Source of the DNA: an uncultured delta proteobacterium
GTDB lineage: Bacteria; Desulfobacterota; WTBG01; CAIYCZ01; CAIRTM01
DNA length: 64,000 nucleotides
Reading direction: 5' to 3'
Assembly (NCBI GenBank): GCA_963723235.1
Contig: CAVRPV010000006.1
Span: 304,914 to 368,913 of the forward strand
Shown here: in pieces, positions 12,087 through 22,640 of the stretch
Layout: every line of letters starts with the position of its first letter
Position numbering within the stretch: the first letter of the stretch is position 1
Position numbers and translations under genes: made by a program
The notes under the pieces: generated by a model
What the model saw: the letters and a program-made list of their open reading frames with translations, nothing else
The model's database searches: none
Told to the model about the DNA's origin: nothing

Positions 12087-13680
12087 TTATTGCCTGTAAG
12101 GATGTACGCAACGTGCTCGTTCCCTGTTGGCATACAGAAACCAGGCACCCTGTTGATTGACAACCATAAAATTTTCCAACATTCCCTGTGCTGTTACAGG
12201 GACTTTACCGCGTACAAGCAGATAATCAAGGTTGGCATACCGGCCGTCATACTGTCGACTGCCGTCTTTCCCAAGCCAGCCGATATACTCCGGCAGCACA
12301 TCCGTGCCTACACGCCGCCTGATAACGAACGAGCGATCGTCTGCAAGCCGTGTTGTACTCACGCCATTCGTCCAGGCTGTATAGTAGTCAGGACAATTGT
12401 CATACATGGAAACATTGCGAAAACGGTAATCATATATCAGTCCGCCCACAACATCACCGGAAGCGCATGCGGAAAAAAATGTCTTATCAAAACCTGCATT
12501 TTCGGCATCAAAAGCCCTGAAGCACTGAAACCAAACAAGTGCATGCAGCAGAACAATCGCGCACAAGCCGGTTTTCAAAAATGCTGACAAAGCCTTCGGG
12601 GCGACAATGCTTCCGACTAAGATTACACCCAGAAAAACCAACACCGAAAAACGCTGATATAAAAAACTGTAGCCGGGTAAAGCCACGGGCATAAAAAGCG
12701 TGCAGGCAACACTGCATGCCAATAATATACAGATACAATTAAAACCGACCGAAGGTATTGCTCTTTTATTTGCCTGTCTTTTTAAAATTGGCAATACGGC
12801 AAAAAACAACGCAACAAGTGAAAAGGCAGCGGCCATCACATAGCCGACCAGCGTGCCGGACAGTCTGAAATTATCATGAATCATGAAAGCACCGCGCTGC
12901 CAGAAAGAGCCCAGAAATGAATACCGGTAATAATGCAGCAGTGTCTGAACCATGGAAGGGCCGCTATATTCGCGGGAATCGCTTATATACCAAATAAAGA
13001 AAAGTACAACTCCAGGAATACAAATCCCAAGATGCACAAAAAAACGGCGCCATGTGCCCAGCCGATACATGTCAAAAAACACGCACAAGGCATACACCAC
13101 TACAGCATACAGGAATGCCATGGCATGCATGAAAAAAATACCGGGCAGCAAAGCGGCAATCATCATTGCCGCAAGAATGCTTCTTTTTTCAATATAATTG
13201 ATTATAAAATACAGCAGGAATAGTACGGCGGGCAGTGCGATGGTAAAGCCGGTAAATCCATAGCAGACGTTAATATTATAGAGAAAAAGAAAAGTAAGCA
13301 GGCCATACCAGACATTGCCCCCACATCGCGCAATCAACAGCATGACGGCTGAGACGAACAATACGGTATACAGGAGATAAAATACCTTATTGGCAACCTC
13401 AACATCCGGGAACATTTGCGAGCCGCAAAAAACCGTGTGCACGATATTAGGCCGGGGAAACATCTTCAATGAAAAAAATCTGTCAAGCTGGTTTTCCGGA
13501 TCGCCGTAGGACTTGTATATCGTCAGCAAGCGCCAAGTGGTTAGGCATATCCAAAAATGGGTATAATCGTTGCGCTCCAAAATTATACAGGTTAACGAAC
13601 AGAACAATAATAAAAACAAGCCAGAACGCTTTATGCTGCAGGACCTTCCTGCCAAACCCGGGTGTATATCTCATAGTCAT
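12087..13680 (-). CDS. Polytopic membrane protein (GT-C-like), frameshift near 5' end
   Basis: 5' frame PFLDMPNHLALA joins the long multi-TM ORF 12087..13655. Confidence 0.6.
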
Positions 13681-15236
13681 CACTGCCGAACGTCCTGAGC
13701 TTTCAGGCGCAGACGATATAAAACAGATTCCGTTTCCTTGGTGAAGTCAAAATCCTGCCGGTACTCTTCTGATATAAAATTCAACACCGGAGAAACGAAA
13801 AAACCGGGCGCTCGCGCAACAACTGCGACAGAGCCCCGGGATCGGCGCCATAACGACCAACCATGCTGCTATCCTCAATGAAACCCCTTCAGTACCCTGC
13901 AGCCGCCCTGCATCAAAACCAGAGGATAATACGAGGTGCTGTCACACACGATTATACCATCAGGCGCGGCCTCGTTCAATGCGGCGCGTGCAAAACGCTC
14001 GGCTGAATTCTCGGTATGCTTCCAGGGCACAGATCCAGTAGCGCATCTCATCCCGAAACGGCAGAATCCGTTCGCGCGGACCACGCTCAAATTCAATGCC
14101 TTAGGAGCTGAAGGCAGCACGGCATATGTCAAGCGGCATCAGGATGATTGAAAACAGACAGGCTGCAACAACCGATTCCTCCACGCTGTTGATTTGCGCG
14201 CCAGCACATCCATGCCGACCGCCATACCCAGGCTGAACAGCACCAGCGTAGGCAGGATAAACATAAACTGATCAGGAACCGAATAGCGCAGGAAAAAAAA
14301 TGCCGTGCAGTGCCGAAGAGAATTAACAGGGACCAGCGCCATGGGCTTGCCGATCCGTTTTGGCCATCTGCACCCATCCGACAACCCCGAGGAACAGCCC
14401 GGCATGCATAAAATTCAAGCTGCCCAAAGCAGCATTCACGCCCATCAGTGGCCAGTTTGGACTGACATTAAGAACATGCGCTAGTACCCGCCAAACAGCA
14501 TTGATGCGAACTGATGCACCAGAGGCTGCCGGTCTGCAGACGTTTCCTGAATTACCAACCACGCAAGCGGCGCGGCTCCGCAAACATATGCCGCCCCGGC
14601 AAGCACAATACAGCAAACAGGCAACCGTGCGTCTCCAGACAAAAACCAACACACATATTCCATATACCGGCAGGCTTAAAAGTGCCATATTATGCACACT
14701 GACATTCAAGCCGTTCAACAGAAAAAGTCCGGCCACCTTTAAAAGCGAAGGCCTGCGAAGACAGGCGATAAAACAGATAAGCTCTGCGCTAAAAAAAGCC
14801 GCATTCCAGGTATAGACCTCCGCAATGGTCGACAGCCACCACGGGCGTGTGCATCACCGCCAGCATGCCGGCTGTCATCAATCCGATCCAGCGTCTCCCG
14901 GTGAGCAGAATGCCGAGCACAGCCACATTTGCCAGCGTGACGGCCATGCCTGCGCCGCTGCAAAGATTAAGCAGCGTCAGGTCACGGACAAAGGGCAACA
15001 AGCAGAAACAGCCGCCCGATGGCGATATAGAGCGGATGGGCAAGGGCCAGGCCCAGATTCCCGATATAATCACCCGTTACTATTCTGAACTGCAGCATGC
15101 CGCTGTCCTGCCAGCTGACACCCTGCTGTGCCGTCAAAGCGTACAAGACAAATCCCGAGCATGCGACAAAGAACCAAAGCACGCACAACGAGAGGGAGTT
15201 CTCTGAAGGATGAGCTGTCGACTGCTGTATGACCAT
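13677..15236 (-). CDS. DUF2723/TMEM260-like membrane glycosyltransferase, heavily frameshifted
   Basis: LYALTAQQGVSWQDSG...LGLALAHPLYIAIGRLF resembles the DUF2723 N-terminus; hydrophobic fragments across frames; boundaries approximate. Confidence 0.6.
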
Positions 15237-15251
15237 GGATAAAAACTCCCC

Positions 15252-16118
15252 CTACAAGCCTTGCACGATTCTCGCTGAAGTTGACCGGCGCTCTTTCAAC
15301 CCCTGCAAAAGCTCATCCGGTACATATAATGACCCCCGGCCAATGCCGATTTCAATACCGTTCACGCTGCTGCCGTGAAAATCACTGCCCCCGGTTTCAA
15401 CCAGATCAAATCTGCCCGCAAGGCTTTTATATAATTGCTGCTGTTGGGGTGAATGTTCAGGATAATACACCTCTATGCCCTGCAGGCCGCAGGATCGCAG
15501 TTCGGCTATCAAGTCCTGCAGCACCGCGCCGCTGTGCCGGCCGATAACAGCAGGGTGTGCCAGCACGGCCACACCTCCGGCATCTCGAATGCAAGCGATC
15601 GCCGCATCAGGCGCAAACCGGTATTTATCGACATAGGCCCGCGCCCCCTTTTTGAGATAGCGGTCAAAGGCCTCGCGCATTGAACGCACGTACCCCAATC
15701 GGACCATCACCTTGGCAAAATGCGGACGGCCCACCTGCCCGGTTTCAGCCTCCTGCTCGACCTGCTTCAGGGTAATGGCGACACCCTGTTCGCGCAGCCG
15801 ATCGATAATGCGCGGATTGCGCTCATTGCGCGCCTGCTGCAATACGGCAATACGCTCTTGAAAACAGGGGTCCTCATGGCGGATATAGTAGCCCAGCACA
15901 TGCAGTGTGCCAAGGTGATGCTCGACGCTGATCTCGATGCCGGGAACAACCTCAATGCCGCCATCGATCCCGGCAGCAAGGGCTTCGGCAACGCCCTCAA
16001 CCGTGTCATGATCGGTAATTGCAACCGCACTCAAACCGCGCGTGCAGGCATAGCGGACCATTTCAGCAGGGCTCAGCGTTCCGTCTGAAGCGTTGGTATG
16101 CACATGCAGATCTATCAT
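15252..16118 (-). CDS. PHP-domain phosphoesterase (TrpH/YciV-like)
   Basis: DLHVHTNASDG, AITDHD, GIEIS, GRPH, LAHP, GGSDFHG. Confidence 0.92.
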   Translation of the reverse strand: MIDLHVHTNASDGTLSPAEMVRYACTRGLSAVAITDHDTVEGVAEALAAGIDGGIEVVPGIEISVEHHLGTLHVLGYYIRHEDPCFQERIAVLQQARNERNPRIIDRLREQGVAITLKQVEQEAETGQVGRPHFAKVMVRLGYVRSMREAFDRYLKKGARAYVDKYRFAPDAAIACIRDAGGVAVLAHPAVIGRHSGAVLQDLIAELRSCGLQGIEVYYPEHSPQQQQLYKSLAGRFDLVETGGSDFHGSSVNGIEIGIGRGSLYVPDELLQGLKERRSTSARIVQGL

Positions 16119-17188
16119 GAGGTGCCATCGCCGCGTAAAACTGCGGCGTCCTGAGGCATGTGCTTGTTCAGACCCTGCACCGAATCCGATGGGGCAGTTC
16201 TCACGAAATCATAGTCAGCATCCGTATTGATGTTTTTAAACACATCAGCCGAAGCGGTACGCAGAACTTTAACCTGCAACGAGGGAAACAAATCAATAAT
16301 ACGATGTTCACCATGGGCAATCAGATCTTCAAGGGCCGAAAGACAGGTCCGACGATACAGGGCGCATAACGGCTCAAAATGTTTGTGTTTGAACATAACG
16401 ATATCATGCCCGGGAAGCGCCGCGACCAGGCTCTCAAAAAGCTCACTGTTTACCAATGGCATATCGCAGGATACCACCAGTACGTATTCAGTGTCACAAT
16501 GGGTTAATGCGGCATGAATTCCGGACAGAGGACCCCCGCCGGGCAAAATATCGCCGCGGCACGGATAGCCCAGATGGGCGTACTCATCCGGACTGTTGGT
16601 GATGATGGTAACCGCTCCGGTACAGCAGCGCGCCTCATCAATAACCTTTTCTATGAGCGTTTTGCCGTGCAGGGGCAACAGGGCCTTGTTGCGGCCCAGG
16701 CGGCTTGAGCGTCCGCCCGCCAGCACAGCCGCGGAAACAATCGGGAGCAGAATGCTGTTGCGTATCAGTTCGGCCATGGCCGCAGCATCCGGACACACCC
16801 GGCCAAACCCGGTAAAACGCCCGTCACTGATATCAATTACAGCAGGCCTACCGTCGCAGTGCGCTGTATCAACCAGCAGGATATGGCAGTCCGTAAAGAA
16901 TTTTTTTTCACAATGCTCCGTTTCCGCATTACGCGGAGCGGTCGCTATAGTACCGGCGCACAAATCAACATGTGCCGCAGCTCCGGCAGCGACGAGTGCA
17001 TCGTCATTATCCGCAGGTCGCTCGTCTCCGGACTGGCGCAGCACACCGACGCGCAGCCCGCTCTGTGTCAGAGAGCGTACCAGCCGGGCCAGCATATGCT
17101 GTTTCCCTTCACCATGCGGGCCGCTGCAATATATCGTAACAGGGAGAATGTCCATACCTAACGGATGCTCAAAGGAATCAGATGACAA
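16115..17188 (-). CDS. mobA: Molybdenum cofactor guanylyltransferase with degenerate MobB-like N-terminal domain
   Basis: VLAGGRSSRLGRNKALL, GGPLSGI, CDMP, EPLCALY, FKNINT; N-terminus SGPHGEGK...GLRVGVL resembles MobB. Confidence 0.85.
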   Translation of the reverse strand: MSSDSFEHPLGMDILPVTIYCSGPHGEGKQHMLARLVRSLTQSGLRVGVLRQSGDERPADNDDALVAAGAAAHVDLCAGTIATAPRNAETEHCEKKFFTDCHILLVDTAHCDGRPAVIDISDGRFTGFGRVCPDAAAMAELIRNSILLPIVSAAVLAGGRSSRLGRNKALLPLHGKTLIEKVIDEARCCTGAVTIITNSPDEYAHLGYPCRGDILPGGGPLSGIHAALTHCDTEYVLVVSCDMPLVNSELFESLVAALPGHDIVMFKHKHFEPLCALYRRTCLSALEDLIAHGEHRIIDLFPSLQVKVLRTASADVFKNINTDADYDFVRTAPSDSVQGLNKHMPQDAAVLRGDGTS

Positions 17189-17306
17189 ACCATCTCAATA
17201 AAAAGAACAGGCGTGTACCGAGCGAGGGACGCATGCGCACGTGTCGCCTGAACCCTGCTAAAAAACGACGGGGCGCTCCACAGTCGATGGATGCTTAACT
17301 CGTCCG

Positions 17307-17924
17307 TCATGCTTCATTGCAGGACATTGCCAGGCGCACCCCGATTTCAAAGGCCTGCGTAAGATCTGCCGGTTTTTCCTGAACCTGCGCGCGTTGCAGA
17401 TTTCCGGTGCTCAGCAGTTCTCCAATCTTATGCAGGTGGAAATCTCGAATGTTCGCATCCAGAACCATCAACACCAGGGCCGATGAGGATGGTGAAAAAT
17501 CACCCTGACTGACAATGCTGACCGCTTTTTTCGCTTTGATAAGCGGGCGCGCTTCGGCATGTACAATCGTTCCCGTGTCATCATATGTAACATGCATTTT
17601 CAGAAGCGGCATCATACGCGCAAAAAAATTAGTCATTGCCGCCGAAATGGTGCGCCCGTGATTGGGGCTGCCAAAAATAAAGGCATCGGCCTGCTGCATG
17701 CGCTCAAGGAGTGGCGCCATATCATCGCCCAACGGGCAATCCTTTCCCCCCTGAAAAAACGTGTGCGCACCGCAGGCATTGCAATATTTAATATCAAGGT
17801 CGTAGAGATAGACCTTCTCGGCCGCAACCGATGTCTTGCTGACAGCACCGGCAATCACTGTATCAACCAGGATATCAGTGTTTGAGCCCTTGCGGGGACT
17901 GCCGATAAACGCCATGAGTTTCAT
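17307..17924 (-). CDS. Flavodoxin-fold iron-sulfur flavoprotein / NADPH-dependent FMN reductase
   Basis: GSPRKGSNT, CNAC...DCPLGDDM, ADAFIFGSP. Confidence 0.85.
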   Translation of the reverse strand: MKLMAFIGSPRKGSNTDILVDTVIAGAVSKTSVAAEKVYLYDLDIKYCNACGAHTFFQGGKDCPLGDDMAPLLERMQQADAFIFGSPNHGRTISAAMTNFFARMMPLLKMHVTYDDTGTIVHAEARPLIKAKKAVSIVSQGDFSPSSSALVLMVLDANIRDFHLHKIGELLSTGNLQRAQVQEKPADLTQAFEIGVRLAMSCNEA

Positions 17925-18142
17925 GCTGTGTCCTCCCTGTACAACAAATCGGTTGCTGCGCCACAAACACAATCAGCTGCATTGTCTCATACGGATGGGC
18001 GAAGTCAAGCCGGAGGCGATACTGCATATCCGGGACTCGGTCTCCCGGATCAGACAGGAAATAACAAAAACGTGGCAGGGAATCAATCTGAATATAAAAA
18101 AAGTTTGCAGGCTCAAAAAACCGGCAAACTCATCCGGGCTGG

Positions 18143-18218
<76 letters not shown>

Positions 18219-18226
18219 AAAAAAAA

Positions 18227-18301
18227 TGGAGCGGGAAACGGGATTTGAACCCGCGACTCCGACCTTGGCAAGGTCGTACTCTACCACTGAGTTATTCCCG
18301 C
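18227..18301 (-). tRNA. tRNA-Gly(GCC)
   Basis: Reverse complement GCGGGAATAACTCAGTGGTAGAG...TTGCCAA...GGTTCAAATCCC...TCCA. Confidence 0.97.
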
Positions 18302-18398
18302 TCAGAATCCAATAAATTATATCCATGATATCAATTTTGTCAACAAATAAATACCGGAAAAAAGCGCTGCCGCGCCGGACGCACCACCCGAACAACGG

Positions 18399-19475
18399 CT
18401 ACAACAGCTCCGTGCGCCCCTGTTTTTCAAGCTGTTCAACAAGTGTGCGCACATCCTGCGCCCGGTCACGCCGGCACACAAGCAGCGCATCTGCGGTCTC
18501 AACAATCACCACGTCATCGAGCCCTACGACAGCGACGGTTTTACCTGATGACTGTACCAGGCACCGCCTGGCATCCACCGCATACACGTCACCACGCAGG
18601 ACATTCTGGCTATCATCCTTAGTGCAGATATCATACACCGCTGACCAGGAACCGACATCACTCCAGCCGAATTCCCCCCGTATGGCCAGCACGCATGCGG
18701 CCTTTTCAAGCACGCCGGAATCTATTGAAATAGAGCGCAGCGAAACATACGCCCGGTCGAGTTCATCGCAGAAACGCTCCGAGCCCCATGCTTCTGCAAC
18801 CGGCAGGAGAGATGCATAGATGTCAGGCAGATGGATTTTAATTTCCCGCAGAATAGCTGATGCCTTCCATACGAACATGCCGCTGTTCCACAGACAATCA
18901 CCGCTGGCAATATAGCGCAAGGCCTGCTCACGCTCCGGTTTTTCATGGAAGTGCAGCACACGGCAAACCATGCTGCCCGGCTGAGCGGGCTCACAGCGCA
19001 TGTAGCCGTAGCCGGTTTCCGGGGCGAGGGGCACTATGCCGATCGCAACAAGCCCGTTTGTATCAACAGCAATATCAGCGGCCTGCTGCACACAGCCCCT
19101 GAAGCGGATCTGATCAGCGATACAATGATCAGCCGGCAGCACGCACATGCACGCATCAGGATCCTCTCGCTGTATGCGGCCGGCAGCCAGGCAAATGCAC
19201 GCGGCAGTATTGCGCCCGGAGGGTTCACTGATAATATTGGCAGCCGGAACCTGCGGGACCTGCTCGCGGATGCGTTCAGCCTGCTCCCTGGTGGTGACAA
19301 TCAAAACCCGCTCTACAGGCACAAGGTCGCTTACGCGATCCAGTGTTTCCTGCAGCATGGTCCGGTCGCTGAGAATATTGAGCAGTTGCTTCGGTTCGGC
19401 CGCGCGGCTGCGCGGCCAGAAACGGGTTCCTCTTCCGCCGGCCATTATAACAACATACATAGATACTCCAGGCAC
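18399..19475 (-). CDS. manC: Mannose-1-phosphate guanylyltransferase
   Basis: VIMAGGRGTRFWPRSR..PKQ, EPSGRNTA, PADH, ETGYGY, FHEKP, WNSGMF, WSDVGSW. Confidence 0.93.
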   Translation of the reverse strand: MPGVSMYVVIMAGGRGTRFWPRSRAAEPKQLLNILSDRTMLQETLDRVSDLVPVERVLIVTTREQAERIREQVPQVPAANIISEPSGRNTAACICLAAGRIQREDPDACMCVLPADHCIADQIRFRGCVQQAADIAVDTNGLVAIGIVPLAPETGYGYMRCEPAQPGSMVCRVLHFHEKPEREQALRYIASGDCLWNSGMFVWKASAILREIKIHLPDIYASLLPVAEAWGSERFCDELDRAYVSLRSISIDSGVLEKAACVLAIRGEFGWSDVGSWSAVYDICTKDDSQNVLRGDVYAVDARRCLVQSSGKTVAVVGLDDVVIVETADALLVCRRDRAQDVRTLVEQLEKQGRTELL

Positions 19476-19594
19476 TGGACAACCCCTTATAAAAACGATA
19501 TCCCGTTGCTGAGAAAGCCCTAAAACCGATGCGCTGCGCGCTGTTTAAGCGGACACAGCGGGACCGATGGACGCTTTTCAGCGACCCGCTAAAA

Positions 19595-19730
19595 GGCTGT
19601 TGAAAAAATCTTTTCATACAGGCTGTTCAAAAATGCGCAGACTCAAGGCGCGCACTATCATGAGGAATGAGGCGTACTTTTCATGCGCCGATGGAGCGCA
19701 ACGCAGCATATGTGCGTTTTTGAACAGCCT
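19595..19730. repeat. Palindromic intergenic MITE/REP-like element, copy 1
   Basis: GGCTGTTGAAAAA...CAAGGCGCG...GAGGAATGAGGCGTAC...GCGCAACGCAG...TTTTGAACAGCC; similar copies at 31665 and 34316. Confidence 0.75.
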
Positions 19731-19731
19731 G

Positions 19732-20421
19732 TTAAAGGGCGTAGGTAATTTCATTCATGAGTTGCACAACCGGATAGTCGTCAAAGTAGTCGATAATATT
19801 CAAACAGGCGTAGGACTGTTCCAGCCTCACTACGCTATTCAAATCAAGCCCCAGGGCTTCGCACAGAATAACCCGGTTCAAACCGCCATGGGCAACCAGC
19901 AGGATAGTCCCACCGGCATATTCGCACAGCAGGTGCTCAAGGCGCGGCAGGGCCCGCGCGCGCACATCGCTAAAACTCTCGCCGCCCTTAATCCGGAATG
20001 AAGCAATATCGCGGGTGCGCGAGTTGAATTCCTCCTGAAACCGCTCCAGAATGTCGGCAAGCGTCAGTCCCTCCCAGTGTCCTATGTTAATTTCACGGAA
20101 TTCAGGACAGGCGACCGGCTCAAGTCCGCAAGCAGCTGAGAGCAGACGCGCTGATTCAACCGTTCGCGCCAAATCACTGCAATACACTGCGTTGAACGGC
20201 ACATCGTTCAAGCGGCGGGCAAGCGCGCTTATCTGCGCGCGCCCCTTATCACTTAACTCGACATCCCGATGACCGACATAGCGCCACTCATCAGAGGTCA
20301 CCAGCGCACCATGGCGCACCAGATACAGCCGCGTACGCGGCACATCCGCAGCATTGTGCTGAAAACTGGCGTGAACGGCCGGGATCGGGTCAGCCTGTCT
20401 ATGTCCTGAGTCAGATGCCAT
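19732..20421 (-). CDS. Histidine phosphatase (CobC/phosphoglycerate mutase family)
   Basis: LYLVRHG, SDLART, EINIGHWEG, GGES, VAHGG. Confidence 0.88.
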   Translation of the reverse strand: MASDSGHRQADPIPAVHASFQHNAADVPRTRLYLVRHGALVTSDEWRYVGHRDVELSDKGRAQISALARRLNDVPFNAVYCSDLARTVESARLLSAACGLEPVACPEFREINIGHWEGLTLADILERFQEEFNSRTRDIASFRIKGGESFSDVRARALPRLEHLLCEYAGGTILLVAHGGLNRVILCEALGLDLNSVVRLEQSYACLNIIDYFDDYPVVQLMNEITYAL

Positions 20422-20448
20422 GCCGCCACAAAGCGAAATACGTACTGT

Positions 20449-22626
20449 TTATGGATTATAAATATCGTGCAGCAGCCTGACCAGGGCGATATTATCGGAA
20501 TGCCCGGTCATATTTGCCGTAATCTTTGCCCGCAGGGGTCTGCCGAGCAGGTACAGGTCCCCTACCATATCCAGAATCTTATGCCGCACAAATTCATCCG
20601 GAAAGCGCAGATCCGTATTAACGATTTTCTCATCGTCAATCAAAATAAAATTATCAAGCCGACCTCCGCTTGCAAGCCCCTTTTCATTGAGCGCCTCAAT
20701 ATCCTTCAAAAATCCGAAGGTGCGCGCCGGGGCGATCTCCCGTTTAAAATCATCGGCTTCCGACATAACGAATGTGTATTCCTGATGACCGACCGGCCGT
20801 GGATAGTCCAAGGTGTAATGAATGGAAAACGTGTCGGCAGGTTCAACGGTCAAGAACTTCTGCTTGCGATTGGACTCGCCCACGGTATGGCGCCGGTCAA
20901 CGATGATTTCATCCAGGGGTTCTTCCTGCTCTTCGATCCCGGCATCCTCAATCATCTGGCAGAAATCAACAGCGGACCCGTCCATGATGGGGACTTCATT
21001 ATTGATCTTGATCATCAGGTTGGTGATCCGGTAGGCATGCAGAACCGCCAGAAAATGCTCTATGGTGCGGGCCGCAGCCCCGTTATGCTGCAGACTGGTG
21101 GCATAATCGGTTGAAACAACATAGTCGATATTTGCAGGGATAACCTCGCCGCTTGAAATATTGCCGAACAGTATACCACTGCCCGGCGGCAGCGGCGTCA
21201 GGATCAAACCGGTCTTGTCTCCGGAATGCAAGCCGCGCCCGCTCAGCACCATGCTGCGCTTGAGGGTGCGCTGCATGCGCTGTGCCGCCTGGTGTTCACA
21301 CGATAAAATAATATTGTACTCACTGACATACTTTTTAAGCAGCTTTTTTGTGATATTGATTTTCTCGGCTGTGCGCTTGATATCACGATCATTGCGGCGC
21401 AGGTGATACAGCAGATAATTCTTGCGCCAGGAGTTCTCGGCTTCCTGCATGCTGGCGTAGCGCTCATGGTAGCGCGAAACGTTGTACTGCATATCATCGC
21501 GCACTGAGAGCGGAATATCATGCGATGAAACCATTTGGGTGTGAACCGACACCACAATCTTTTCAACAAGGTTTTTGAGCTCCTTGACATTGCCGGGCCA
21601 ATCGTAATTCATGAGCATCTCAAGCGCGTCATCATCAAAGCTTTTCTCGCGCAGCCCGTAATCCCGGCAGTAAAAACCCATAAAATGCTGCAGAATCAGC
21701 GGGATATCACCCCGCCGACTGCGAAGCGACGGCAGAGTGATGCGCTCTGAAAAACAGGCTGCAAAGTCCGCCGAGAGTTTCCCGGCCTCAAGCGCTGCGT
21801 CAATATCAAGCAGCAATGAAGCCGCAACGCGAAGCTGTGAATCAGATGAACGCTTGTGCAGAAAAGCCGCAATGCGATCCTGCAGCCCGATTTCAAGCGC
21901 ATCAACCGATGCCAGATATACAACCGCGCTGCCGGAATTCGTGAACAACCCGGCCTTGCCTGAACCAACGGACCGATCGCCGAAAAGCTCAAGGGCCGCT
22001 TCCGCGGAATCGTACAAGGGACAGTTGAGACGGTAAAAAGCCGCGGGACGATCGCTTTTTTTCCCGATCCGCAGCATCCGGGCAACGATTTCCTTACCGG
22101 TGCCGGCCTCACCGCATAGCAATACGTGCGCTTTGCCGCCGGCAATTTTTTCTGTGTGCCTGCGAATATCAATAATTTCCGACGTCTCGCCAATCAGCCT
22201 TACACGCTCCTGCGACCCGTCATGTGTATCTTCAACAGCGGCAGCCTGAGCCACGGCCTGCCATTTTTCATTAATACGCTTGAGGGTATTCAAAACCACG
22301 TCAAGCGAAAAAGGCTTCTCAAGAAAATCAAAAGCACCGTGTTTGACGGCCTGCACGGCAGTGTTGACCGTACCGTGACCGGTCATCATGACCACCTCGA
22401 TCGCGGAATCGAAATCCTTGATGCACTTGAGCGTTTCCATGCCGTCCATTCCCGGCAGCCAGATGTCCAGGAACACGATATCAACGGGCTGGGACTTAAT
22501 GATACGCATGGCCTGACTGCCGTCGGGAGCGTTCAGCAGGCTGTAGCCCTCGTCCTCAAGGCTGCCGCTGAGTGAATCAATAATAGCCTGTTCATCGTCT
22601 ACCAAAAGAATGACCGGTGTTTTCAT
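20449..22626 (-). CDS. lpxC: NtrX-like response regulator (REC, degenerate AAA+, HTH) fused to LpxC (about 20449-21276)
   Basis: One ORF: LLVDDE/FLDIWLPG/TGHG/EKP receiver, GEAGTGKE, WPGNVKEL, then QRTLK..SGRGLHSG, TIEH, EVPIMDGSA, APARTFGF, RHKILDMVGDL, GH. Confidence 0.9.
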   Translation of the reverse strand: MKTPVILLVDDEQAIIDSLSGSLEDEGYSLLNAPDGSQAMRIIKSQPVDIVFLDIWLPGMDGMETLKCIKDFDSAIEVVMMTGHGTVNTAVQAVKHGAFDFLEKPFSLDVVLNTLKRINEKWQAVAQAAAVEDTHDGSQERVRLIGETSEIIDIRRHTEKIAGGKAHVLLCGEAGTGKEIVARMLRIGKKSDRPAAFYRLNCPLYDSAEAALELFGDRSVGSGKAGLFTNSGSAVVYLASVDALEIGLQDRIAAFLHKRSSDSQLRVAASLLLDIDAALEAGKLSADFAACFSERITLPSLRSRRGDIPLILQHFMGFYCRDYGLREKSFDDDALEMLMNYDWPGNVKELKNLVEKIVVSVHTQMVSSHDIPLSVRDDMQYNVSRYHERYASMQEAENSWRKNYLLYHLRRNDRDIKRTAEKINITKKLLKKYVSEYNIILSCEHQAAQRMQRTLKRSMVLSGRGLHSGDKTGLILTPLPPGSGILFGNISSGEVIPANIDYVVSTDYATSLQHNGAAARTIEHFLAVLHAYRITNLMIKINNEVPIMDGSAVDFCQMIEDAGIEEQEEPLDEIIVDRRHTVGESNRKQKFLTVEPADTFSIHYTLDYPRPVGHQEYTFVMSEADDFKREIAPARTFGFLKDIEALNEKGLASGGRLDNFILIDDEKIVNTDLRFPDEFVRHKILDMVGDLYLLGRPLRAKITANMTGHSDNIALVRLLHDIYNP

Positions 22627-22640
22627 GCTGCACGTACCTT

